DNA of 63,773 nt, filler included, from Cercozoa sp. M6MM (taxonomy: Eukaryota > Protista > Endomyxa: Ascetosporea): the NCBI GenBank assembly GCA_040357565.1. It is 12 parts of 12 records of this genome, joined end to end, with 100 filler letters (N's around TTAATTAATTAA, not from the genome) between each part and the next. Parts side by side here need not be neighbours in the genome. Positions count along the whole stretch, not along the records: positions 1 to 10,533 come from JBDODJ010000437.1; positions 10,634 to 13,699 come from JBDODJ010001622.1; 10 more parts are not named here. One strand, 5' to 3'. A model generated the notes under the pieces. That model saw only the letters and a list, made by a program, of their open reading frames with translations, was not told the origin of the DNA and made no database searches. Each line of letters starts with the position of its first letter. The first letter of the stretch is position 1. The position numbers and the translations under genes were made by a program. Shown here one piece after another: positions 1 through 10,813 of this stretch.

Positions 1-44
<44 letters not shown>
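1..44. repeat. (GT)n microsatellite at contig start
   Basis: Direct dinucleotide run. Confidence 0.97.
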
Positions 45-1799
45 CAATGAATACAGTCTGGACTCAACACTTGGCACGTCTCGGCATCTTCTGTTCCCGG
101 GACAGACAACTGCTCACAGGCCTCACAGCTTGTCAGACAATCACTTTACAACTGTTGCCCAAATTCTGTACCTTTACAACGCAGTTGTTATCTTTGTTGT
201 GGCTAAACATACACAAATACCATAAGTGTCTTAAGAACTGTGGTAGACATACAAAGGAGACTGCGACGGCATGTTGAAGAGCAGGGTAGTTTTCGTGGAC
301 ACAGTCGTCGCTACTGTCGTTAACCACACCACGCCGTTGGACCGGGAACGAGCTGGAAGGAAGACACAGAGTTATACAGTACGATTTCAAACAGTATAGA
401 CATGAACTGCAGCGGTACTGTGGCTACTGGCGTCTGACACGAAGATGGGAAAGACACGAGGTGCTACAGCAATCGTCAAGAGATATTGTATCAATTTAGA
501 CTCTTCCCGTCAAAGCTCACGTTTAGTTTACCGAAGCGAAGTGTGTCTTTGGCGGCGACCACTCGATCAACAAAGGGATGAGTGAACACGGTTACGTCTC
601 GTCTGTTCAGACTCGCTTGTGACATCCCAATTTGAGCACAATTAAATTAAGAATATCATGTACGCAACATTCGGCGCGAGGGCCGTGAAAACCGCCGCTT
701 CTGTTGCTTTCGGCTGCTCGGGCACCGTGTCCTGCACAGTGATATCGATGTCTCACTTATATCAACGACGGCAGGAGTTTAATACAATAGGTACAGACGG
801 ATCTAAATTTAAATTTACCTTCATTGAAAGTGCCTGTAGCATCATGAACTGGGACTACACACGTGACAAGGGTAATACTTGTGTAAAGTGTCAGCAGGGG
901 GAAAAGAATACTCCTTACTGCAGTGTCATACTCCAACACGATCGGAATCCGCACGACGCCGGCATCGCTGTCTATACTGTCTTCGACCCTAAAAAGAAAC
1001 AAAACGGTGTGATAGATAAAAGACCACCAAACACCTGACTAATTGAAAAGCGCAGGAAATGAGTGCTGGCAATGCGAATGCACTCCTTGTAAAACGCCAC
1101 AGCCTGCAAATCCGCGCGGATGTGCACATCGTTAAACACGATTTGACCTGTTCGCAGTTATTGTGTCAGTGTAACACATTGAAAAGCAAAGGAAAGGCAC
1201 TGTCGACGAGACGATGCACTCTGGCGACAATCGGGAACACCTTGATGGATACTGAATCCAAACAGTTGAACTTGATCCAGAAAGAGCACAATTCAAAGGA
1301 AAGACAGGATGTGTTGTACGTTCATTGCCCAACTGTATCAGCGAAACTGGCGGCAAACGTGTGCTGCATTTAGCAATAACGCCGTGTGAATAGCGTAAAA
1401 ACTTACAGTTCAACAATGACTAGCGTACGCATTTGCCAAGCCAAGTGCCGGTGCGCTTTGTGGCACAGCTTTCGAATCTACGAAACAACATCGCACAAGG
1501 TCTAACTGAGGTGTTGAACGTGTATGCTCGAAGAAAGATATCCTACCATCCACAAGCCTCTGCACATGCTTAACGAGGTTAAAGAGTGCTTCCAGGATAT
1601 CTGGAGGTGCTGTGTCCGTCGATTCGGCGCCTACTTATACATTCAGTTAGATACTAAGTTACCTTACCTGGTCGGCTGAAACGAGACATGAACAAAGCGG
1701 ATACAAAAGGTGCTTATAGCTGTAGCCATGTGCGACAGCATGCTTTCGTCCCTGTCGCTCAGCTGCGAGGCACATATGTTGTGCACCTTTAGGAAGGCT

Positions 1800-1800
1800 G

Positions 1801-1854
<54 letters not shown>

Positions 1855-1864
1855 NNNNNNNNNN

Positions 1865-1911
<47 letters not shown>
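1800..1911. repeat. (TG)n microsatellite spanning a 10-N gap
   Basis: Direct dinucleotide run. Confidence 0.97.
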
Positions 1912-1912
<1 letters not shown>

Positions 1913-1954
1913 AATACGTGTTCTGCAAAGCGATAAGCCAGTCGTGCGAGACCG

Positions 1955-4900
1955 TCAAGCGCCATCTGGCGCTGTGTGTGATGTATGCAACGGTACGGAG
2001 AGACACTTCAACAGTGGACGCGATGGCACTACCTCTGCAAAGTCGTTTCCGAGGAGAGGTGACTTTGGAATAACTCCCATCGCCGGCGCAGTCTCGGTGT
2101 CTAACGTCACTGCATAGAGCCACAAGTCTTCGTACTTGACGTGCACGTGACACTTCCCTTTGCACGCGACACTGCCAACAAACGATTCAACAGAAACACT
2201 GCTGACTGGACACAACACAAAGACTGAATGAGAGATGCAAAAATACATGAGATCAGACGACAAGTCGTCAAAGCGCAGGTCTTCTTCGCTGTCCTCGGCG
2301 TTGAACTTGAGCAACTCGCTCAACACCGGCAACGTCGGTGTCAAACGGTATGAGACACCGTCATGCTTCTGCATCAGACAAAACACCCTGTGCGGAACAG
2401 GTCGACAGCTTCACAGGCTAGTGCAGAGGATTGAAAGTACAGCAGGGTGCAGGAAACCAAAGGCCGTTGCAAAGGGCACCGGAACCATCGGGTTGTTGAG
2501 CAGCGTTGTTCCGTCCCGTGTCGTTGCAGTGCACCTCCCGAACGGCATCAGTGCGAGATTCACTGTGACCCAAGCCCCAGCAATTGCAACAAAGAGATGA
2601 AATGCACTTCAGGTTGCTGCTTTAAGTTCAGTTGCGAAACACGTACGAATGAAACGGAACGAAAGCGACTCGTGTTTTAGCAAGACAGAGCGCTGAACGA
2701 GGGTGTCGTGCAGCTTGACTTCGACGTCTTGCATATCGACACCGAGGTCGGTTTTGCTGCCATCAGTGTTGGCGATCGTCATTGAGAGGGCTGCTCGAAT
2801 ATCACGGGATACAATACTCTAATGGCTAGATACAGAGATCATGGCTGAGCTTCAGTTTACATATCTGCAGGGTCAGAGGTCGCTGTCGCTGCAGTATCAT
2901 CTCCTGCAACGAGCCTTGTAGTGCTGTCTCGTAACGAGTCAACATCGCGTGCACCTCCACGATATCTCGGTCCTCGTTGATGGCCTACGGTGGTACAACG
3001 CACTAGGTACTACCTACGAGTGAGTAGTCGAACAAGGTAAACCGCAGTTACCTTGGAGGAAGACACCTTTAGAACCATTGCAGGAAAGTTGTACTTGGCG
3101 TATCCTGTTGCGCAAGCATAAATACACAAGAAGGATAGCTCAACATTCTGTTTAAATACAGTACCTTGGTAAGGCATGTCGAGGTCAACCGCACTCACGC
3201 GCACGTGCACCTCAGGCTAGGTCCGTTCCTTGAGCCGCGTTGACACGACAGCGTTGCGGTACCGGTCTGTTCCAAGAAGGGTAAATCTATACTGATGCAA
3301 CTGCAGGGAAGAGAGAAAGAACCAAGTGTATGTGAGGTGAGCAGCGACCTGTACATTCATGGAGATATTGAAACACTGTCATGGATCATTGAGTACCTTG
3401 TGTTTCTCCAAGCAGCTGCGGTGTCAAGAACCATCGTACGCTGGTGTTGGTCAATATCCACGTTTAGTGGAAGTTTGCTCTGCCGAGACTTGACGAAACG
3501 CATCACATGAACGGGAACATGCACCTCGCCCGCTGTACACAAAGATGTAAATTTACTGTAACACTTTTTTTTGTCTGCTTTCTGTATATCTCTGTGCTTA
3601 CTATCAGGAAGTTTCATCTGTACAAGCGTCTGTTGCCGCAGTTGACTGCTCGCATCCGCAAATGCCGCGACAATTTGAACTGCGCTTTGCATTTTTCCGT
3701 TGGTGTGCAAGGGAAAAGGTCCAAGAGAGGATCCATACGCATGTCGATGATACCAGTCGAAAACGGAGTGTTGCGCAATCGTAGCAGCAGCGTGATTTGC
3801 ACCACTTCGGTGTCTTCCGGCATACGCTCCAGAGGCAGCAGCACCGCTTCTTCCTCGAGACTGAACTCTGCCTGCGCAAACAATCCAAACTTACTGTTGC
3901 CAAAGATACAACCTAAACTTACGGCATGTTTAGATTCCCAATACCTTCACGATGCCGGACCGGATATTCTGAGGAGCTGTTGCTGAGCCAAAGCCAATGT
4001 AGACGTCGTAGTTGTTTGTTCGGGAGCAAGCAAACTCGTTGAGCGGCAGAATCAGTTTCTTGCTTCCAGTCCCCCTATGCGCACACTCACTCACTTTTGC
4101 TGAGGAAAGAAGTTTTAGCGTGAAAGTACGAAAACAAGAAGTCATGCTCAAAGTGCCAGTCAGTCCCGCCGACATAGAGCGGGTAACGCATGACCTCGCC
4201 CTGAGACAGTGCTTGTGACAGAGAAGTCGAAAGCAAAGAATCGGCATTGGTACCCCGTTTAAAGACGACGTCAGCAACGGCAACCCTTGCAAGAAACCTC
4301 GCAGCAGTACGTGGGTTGTCTTGGTTTCAGCAGGAGAGCTTGGGTCTTTTTCCGACACAGCGTGATCCCGAAGGTGCGCGGGAGTCGTGTGGAGGAAGTG
4401 AATGACCACCTGCTCCTGCAAGGCAGCCTGTGAAATTTCTGACTGACGTTTCCACATGTCAGTGTTGCGTTTGCGACGGCGTTTGTTCTGACCAACAAGC
4501 AAGCACGGTCGGGCAGACATGCGCATTAAAAGAAAAAAAACTCACATGATGCGCAACCAGTCTTTCTCGCAGACGCTCTTCAGTGTTTTCGCTGCAATAA
4601 ACCACAGGAAATGCCAAGTTCAAAGTTGAAAGGTACTTAAACTGAGGGCTTACAGAGATGTTGCATTCACACGAAGCAGCCACGTCGACGAGTCGGCAAT
4701 GTCGGTGACTCGGAGGCACAGGCGACTCGTGTCCACGAATGGGTAGCTTTCAGGTGGAACCGCCATCCAGAAGTCATGAGCATGAGGATGCCTGTCATTT
4801 AAGGCAAAGAGGTAAGTGGACTATAAGAAGGGGTTCATACAGCCAACGACAGAAAAACACACGAAGGGAACGTTTTCTGCTCGGAAACGAAAATGCGCGG

Positions 4901-6653
4901 CACGTGCTTGCACTTTGCAGTCGTCTCCTGCAAAGTTGCGTGCTCCGGGGCCTCTTCAAGAAGACACAACTGCCAAACGGCAGATGCAGGCAAGCGTGGT
5001 CGGTCGGGGTCCCAGTCGCGTACAAAACCTGGAACACTGGCGTCGACCCGTTCAACTTGCAACTGAGCATCCGTGTTTGTCGACCTCGTTTTGGCTCTGG
5101 TTGTCTTGCTTTGCACCGCTCGGTGTTCTGTGGGCGGTGCCTTCCATGTGCTATGTTCTCGAGACCACGCCTCGTTCTGTTGCTTCTGTTCATTGGGTGA
5201 TTTATGTCCAAGTGCACTGCAACTTGATTAATGGAACCTGTCAACAGCAACAAAGGCAGGGTCACCTGGTGATCCAATTCGCGCTTCCTTGCCTGGAGTT
5301 CCTCGAGTTGCGTTTGCTGTTCGGTGAGAGACTGTTCGTGCTGCGTCTTCCATTGTGTGATTTGGACTTCTTGCTGTCGTGTCTTTTCTTGCAACTGACC
5401 GGAGGCATAACTTTGTGAAAGAAAGAAAGCCGAGTCCGCAGACTGTACAGTAGCTTACCTTCATCTCGCGCTCTCCTAGCGTTCTCTCTTGTGACTTGAG
5501 TCGCTCTTCCTGAGCCTTTGCTTTCCTCTCCCGTTCTTCCAGACGCGATTCCTTCCGTGTCAGTTTTTCACCCCGTTGCTTTTGTTGCTTTGCTTCATCT
5601 TCAAAGCGTTGTTTCTGAACATATGCAAAAATTCGCTTTGTTGTCTTAATTTTATGACAGGTTTGCTGTTGTTTTACCTCCGCATCGAATTCGCGTTGCT
5701 GTTGTTGAAACTTGAGAGACTCTGCGTTACTTTGGCGTTGTATCTGTTGGAGACGAGTCTCTCGATCTATAATCGTAAAAGATACTCGGCCGGTGGAAAC
5801 CAGTTCCTCCTGAACTGTACCTTTTAGCGATTGAGTTGCATCTTCCTGTTGTCGAACTGCATCTGTCTGTTGCTGTTCGAGCTGCTGTTGCTGCGTCTGC
5901 AACTCGGTCTCTCGTTGCGCCTGCCTTGCTTTTTGCATCTCGAGTTGTTCCTTCAATTGCTGCGATGCACTCTATTCAAAACAAGGGGAGCGACAGGATA
6001 AATTTATCTATACTTCTAAGGCAGCGCCGTCTGCTTCTGCCTGGAATGGAGGCGGAACGGCGTTTCTCAACACCACTTGTCCTTGTCGGTACTGCCATCG
6101 ACGGTAGGTGGCACTGTACATTGCCCACGAGGGCGACAGCACTGCATCGCCGATCTGTAGAGTTTCTGGCACGTCACCCGTCTTGTGGTATGCGTCGCTG
6201 CAGCAAATTTCCACTAAACTTGAGAGTGGAAATGCACTGGGTAAACGCTGATTTTGCATAGTACCACGCAAGGCGAGCAAGACTAAGGGCAACGTTGAAG
6301 TTGCTCTCAAACACCAGCACGAAAGTTCCCACCTGACAAAAGTGTGACAGCACAAGCGGAAGTGGGTCTTGCTCGGTGTCACCAAAGTTGCTTTCGGTCA
6401 GTCCGCGCGATCGGTGAAAGCGGAAAGCACTGGGAGCTGCCGAGTGTGCAGTCGCCAACATCGTAAACAATAGACTTCCTGTCATGATGACATCGCTCGT
6501 CATTTCTGGATCTCCCAGCGGTCCAGACTGTCCAGTGTCTCTACTGGGCCAACTGAGGTCAGGAGGGCCAGTGTATGACCGTTCAAGTGCTTCGACTTCA
6601 GACCGCAGCTGAATCACCCGCGATAACAGAGAGCTCAGTGCGTAGCCCAACAA
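1955..6653 (-). CDS. Large multi-exon hypothetical protein with Q/E/K-rich coiled coil and unidentified C-terminal region; could be more than one gene
   Basis: Consecutive minus-strand coding segments bounded by GT/AG: KEQLEMQKARQAQRETELQTQQQQLEQ, AINEDRDIVEVHAMLTRYETALQGSLQEMIL, VLSELLKFNAEDSEEDLRFDDLSSDL. No family recognised and boundaries uncertain. Confidence 0.5.
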
Positions 6654-7227
6654 ATCCTACAAGGTCAGGATATGATTCCATGCTAACTCACTATTTAAAA
6701 AAGGACGTCTGTACCGTGCTTTGAGTCGCCGAAACAAGCGAGTGCACGACGACGAAGAAACCCGCCCAAAAAGCCCACATTCTTGAGTCGCTTGCTGCTT
6801 CTTGGGCTTTCACTAGACTTGCTGGTATGTGTGCCACTGTTCGGTGCTCCGGTACTCCATTAAGCTATAATAGTGCTTCGGCATCTCGAGTCTTCGGGCT
6901 TTGCTGGCACGTGACTCGACGTGAGTCCGAGTTAAACTTATCGTCCTGGACATGCGATCATGAGAATTACGATGCGGTTTTCCTGACTTGGGAGACTACA
7001 ATGGGCTTGACTTCGGACCAACAGCGGCGACAGAAAATCGCGGCATTGTGGCCGGCTGCGTTCGCATTGAACCCAATGGGTACCACACGAACTCTCCTGT
7101 CGACAATTTGAAAAAGATCTGGCAGAAGCGAATGCATGGTGAAAGTCCTTGAGCAACACCTGGCTGCCGTACAGTCACGGTCATATGCATGCCGAGTGTA
7201 TACCTTTACTGCAGGAAACCGGGACTC

Positions 7228-7662
7228 ATGATGTGACGCCAGCTCTAATTCACTGTGATTACAAGCCAAATTCGATGTGGCGAGTGCTTAAACTCCATAT
7301 GGCGACAGCTCAAACTCCGTGTGCCGACAACTAAAATTCGCTGAAGTCAAATTCGGTGTGACGACAGCTCACATTCTGAAGATACCCTCACGTATCATGT
7401 GCCTGACGCCAAACTCAGTATGAACTGACGTCAAATCTAATACGTGAGCTGGCGTCACCGTCGTTGTGAACTGAGGTCAACTACACTTACTGTACCCCAA
7501 TGTGAGCTGAAGTCACATTCGATGTGAACTGACAGCACTTTTATGTGCACTGAGAGCCATCGCATATTGATGTAACCTGACCTGAGAGCATTTTGATGTG
7601 ACGGCACCGGCTTCATTATTGTGACGCAACATCTTGAGCGGATGTGATCCCAGCTCATGTTG
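7228..7662. repeat. Degenerate array of ~22-bp quasi-palindromic units (TGTGA-N7-TCACA type) in both orientations
   Basis: Units such as gatgtgacgccagctctaattc, ggtgtgacgacagctcacattc, aatgtgagctgaagtcacattc, gatgtgatcccagctcatgtt. Confidence 0.7.
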
Positions 7663-7673
7663 TCATTTACCAT

Positions 7674-7751
7674 TTACTTGTTTTTAACTCCCATGAGTCC
7701 CAGACGTCTCGAAACCGGTCGTGAGGAACGGCGAGAACTAATGCAAATTTC

Positions 7752-7806
<55 letters not shown>

Positions 7807-10330
7807 GCAGATAAGAGAGCTCAATTTAGTGTTCACCTTTGAAGAGTGGTGTCATTTCGACTGTCGATGCTGCGGCAACACAGAAGCGCCAGGTATCGCT
7901 GAATTCCTTTGACGCGTGCCCTGGGTTGAAGAAACACGGCAAATGATATTCTTGTTCTCATGACTGTATTTACCATCACAACGTAAAAAGTAAACTACGG
8001 TTTCAGCGCGACGGTGCTCTGTGCCCACATAAACGCTCGCTGTACTTCCGTTGCACCGACGCGTTGATTTGACATGTCGTAAACCTGGGTATAATTTATT
8101 TCGTACTTCGTTGTTGCAAGCGTTCACAGAAATCAGTCTGAATTTTACCTGCTGTAAAAGCTGGTACATTATGTCCCCGGGAAATGACAGGATTGTGTCC
8201 GTCCATTTCAACTGTGCATACCCAAACTGAAGTCAGTTTGGTTTCAATCGATAATGATAGGGTTAAATACGGCACGTGCAGCTTCCTGTGATTCAGATGA
8301 CTCGAGAAAACGGTCTAGTTCTGGCAACAATCTCTCTGCCAGGTAGTCCTCTGCTACTGAAAGCTCGTGCAGTAACCTACCCTCATCAACCACACTCAAG
8401 AGACACGGCACTGTCCTCTTCTTGACATCCAAGCGATCCAACAAAACTCAAGTTTTTTTTACAATTCCACGCTCTCAGCAACTCGAAGAGTCTTTCTTTG
8501 TCGTGGCATCTCGAAGATTCGCATCTTGCTGTGTAATTTTAGCAGAGGGAACAGCTACAACATAGCGAAACACTGTGTAAATTTAAATTTTACCGAACTG
8601 CGTTGTAGCATTTTCGTATGGCATATAGCGCACGCCTTCGACTATTCATCATGATGTCGCGCATTTCTTTCGACGCGGTGCGCAATTTACGGTGCAAATT
8701 CCCTGTTGTGTCACACACCAGGTAAAGCTATAGAAAATCCTTTTAGGTAACTTAGAAACACGAACGGATTGTTTTCAATTCAAAAGGCAAGAAGTGCGTT
8801 TTACGTAGGTCAAGCGTCATCACGGCTACCTCGTGGACTCTGTTTTTACTAACCTGAAAACCACAACGTATTGAATCACAGGGACGTGTACACTCATGAT
8901 CACCGGAAACAAGAGCAGCAAGTTTACTTTGATTCTCAACCGCGTATTTCTCACACTTTCCCATAGATCGATGGAGTCTTGAACAATCTGAGGTCACATA
9001 CGATGATGTACTTTGGCCTACCCGGCCAGGGTGTAAAGATAAACTCGTAAATACCTTCATTTCAAGCACCTGCTGTCTTTTCAAATAATCAGCGAAAGCT
9101 CGGTAGAGAACTGGGTCGGAAATTAACAAGCTGAACTGCTGTCGTCTTCCCTGAGATTAGCCCGAAAGGCAAGCTTTGCTTATTCAACGACAGCAGCACG
9201 TTCTCAGTTGGGTACTATCGCATTGCTTTACCATGTCCAGCGTGAAATCGCTTCCTTTCGAGCGAATCACGGAGGCAAGTGCGGTATGCGAAACTTCGCT
9301 TGCGCCTACGAATCATCAAACTATGAGTACGTTCGAAGCGCGAAACTAGCAAAGCAGATTTACGCAACTGGCGCCGTTCGTCAGTCAAAGTACTCTCAAA
9401 TTCGTTCTCTAGGTCTTCTTCGCGTTGCTCGCCGTGCAACGTCACCATTGTCACCAAGTCTGTTCGCGACCGCGGACTCACGGGACGCGTTCCGAGCAGT
9501 GTTGAGGCTGTAAAACCATTTTAAACCAAACCAACATATAGTTCGAGCTTACCGCGTCGTCGTGCATCACGCAGTTCCGGGAGCATAACCGTCAATAGCA
9601 ACAAGACTTGCAAAAAAATCAGGGCGCCGACTTGAAACCTTGAGTGCGTGTAATGCATTGCTAAACGCAAGGACATCAGCACCAGGAGCATGCACAGAAG
9701 CGCTAAAGATGCGAATTGAAGTTGGACAACACGACTCGCCGTCGCGATAGCCGATGTGACCGGCGTGCCAGCTTTGAAGGACGTGTCAGAAACAACAACA
9801 AACACTCATTCAAAGTGGCTCAGAAGTACCTTCAGCAAGAGCCGAGACGGTCCACAGCGAAGCGCACCATGCAGTGATGAATGGTGTTAGATGAAGAACG
9901 TGTGTGAGTGATTTGGCTTCGCACGCCTATCACAAGCTTTTTTAGTAAGTCCAGCGCGCGTTTTACTGTCATGGAGTACCGGGACAGCGACAGAAACAGG
10001 ATGTGAAAAAGATGGTAGGTTAACGCTTTTGCCCTCAGTACTCATCTGCCCTGCAATAGGTGTGAAGAGAAGAGTATTCTTAACTAAGTAACGCACAGCA
10101 AGTGCGCAAGGATACTTAGCGGTGTAAAATTTAAAAGAAAGGTAATTTAGCGGTGTTGTAATTTACACAGTGGTATGCATGCACATGCGGTGACAAAGAC
10201 GCCGAAAAAAACGAAAAGCACAACATTATAGCGCCTATGCCACTTGCGGTTAAGAACCAGCAGGCCTTTTAACCTGTGCTAGCCGGACAGAAATCGCCAC
10301 TTTGGAGCGAACATCAATGAGTTATCTAGG
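7674..10330 (-). CDS. Multipass transmembrane protein with C-terminal RGS-like domain (TM-RGS), 5' end probably beyond contig end
   Basis: Hand-spliced. Hydrophobic segments YNVVLFVFFGVFVTACACIPL, FITAWCASLWTVSALA, FASLALLCMLLVLMSL, VGALIFLQVLLLLTVMLP. Then FSLLISDPVLYRAFADYLKRQQ..DSIDLWESV and AEDYLAERLLPELDRFLESSE, matching RGS helices 1-4 and 7-8. Some middle junctions are uncertain. Confidence 0.6.
7757..7801. repeat. (CA)n microsatellite, intronic in the TM-RGS gene
   Basis: Direct run. Confidence 0.95.
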
Positions 10331-10482
10331 TACTGTACCTTTCAAAGCACTCGCGAAGTTCTGAACACACACACACGCGCGCGCGCGCGCACACATGCAT
10401 AAATACACACTTGCTTTTGTACACTTGCAACACACACATGCGTATATACACACATGCATATATATATATATACTGCATATAT

Positions 10483-10533
<51 letters not shown>

Positions 10534-10633
10534 NNNNNNNNNNNNNNNNNNNNNNNNNNNNNNNNNNNNNNNNNNNNTTAATTAATTAANNNNNNNNNNN
10601 NNNNNNNNNNNNNNNNNNNNNNNNNNNNNNNNN
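10534..10633. other. Artificial contig-join spacer N44-TTAATTAATTAA-N44; also at 13700-13799, 16883-16982, 18596-18695, 28429-28528, 31183-31282, 46235-46334, 52875-52974, 55995-56094, 57569-57668, 62226-62325
   Basis: Identical 12-mer with stops in all six frames embedded in Ns, 11 times. Genes are truncated at these points. Confidence 0.98.
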
Positions 10634-10649
10634 GGGGGGGGGGTAAACT

Positions 10650-10775
10650 ACCAGCCACAGGAATGCCGGCGAACTGGAGCGCCGATTGACGCGCCGCGTA
10701 CTGCCGCGCTCGCTGCTGTGCCTCTTCGCCTGTGTCAGGTGGGAGAGGGGGTAAATGGGTGTGTGTGTGTGTGCG

Positions 10776-10813
<38 letters not shown>

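Noticed and set aside
658-1038. RNase H / LINE fragment suggested by TDGSK (also near 2750)
   Set aside because: No other RNase H or reverse transcriptase motifs; probably chance.
7228-7662. CRISPR array or bacterial CRP sites
   Set aside because: No unique spacers or cas genes, inner spacing is N7 rather than N6, and the context is eukaryotic.
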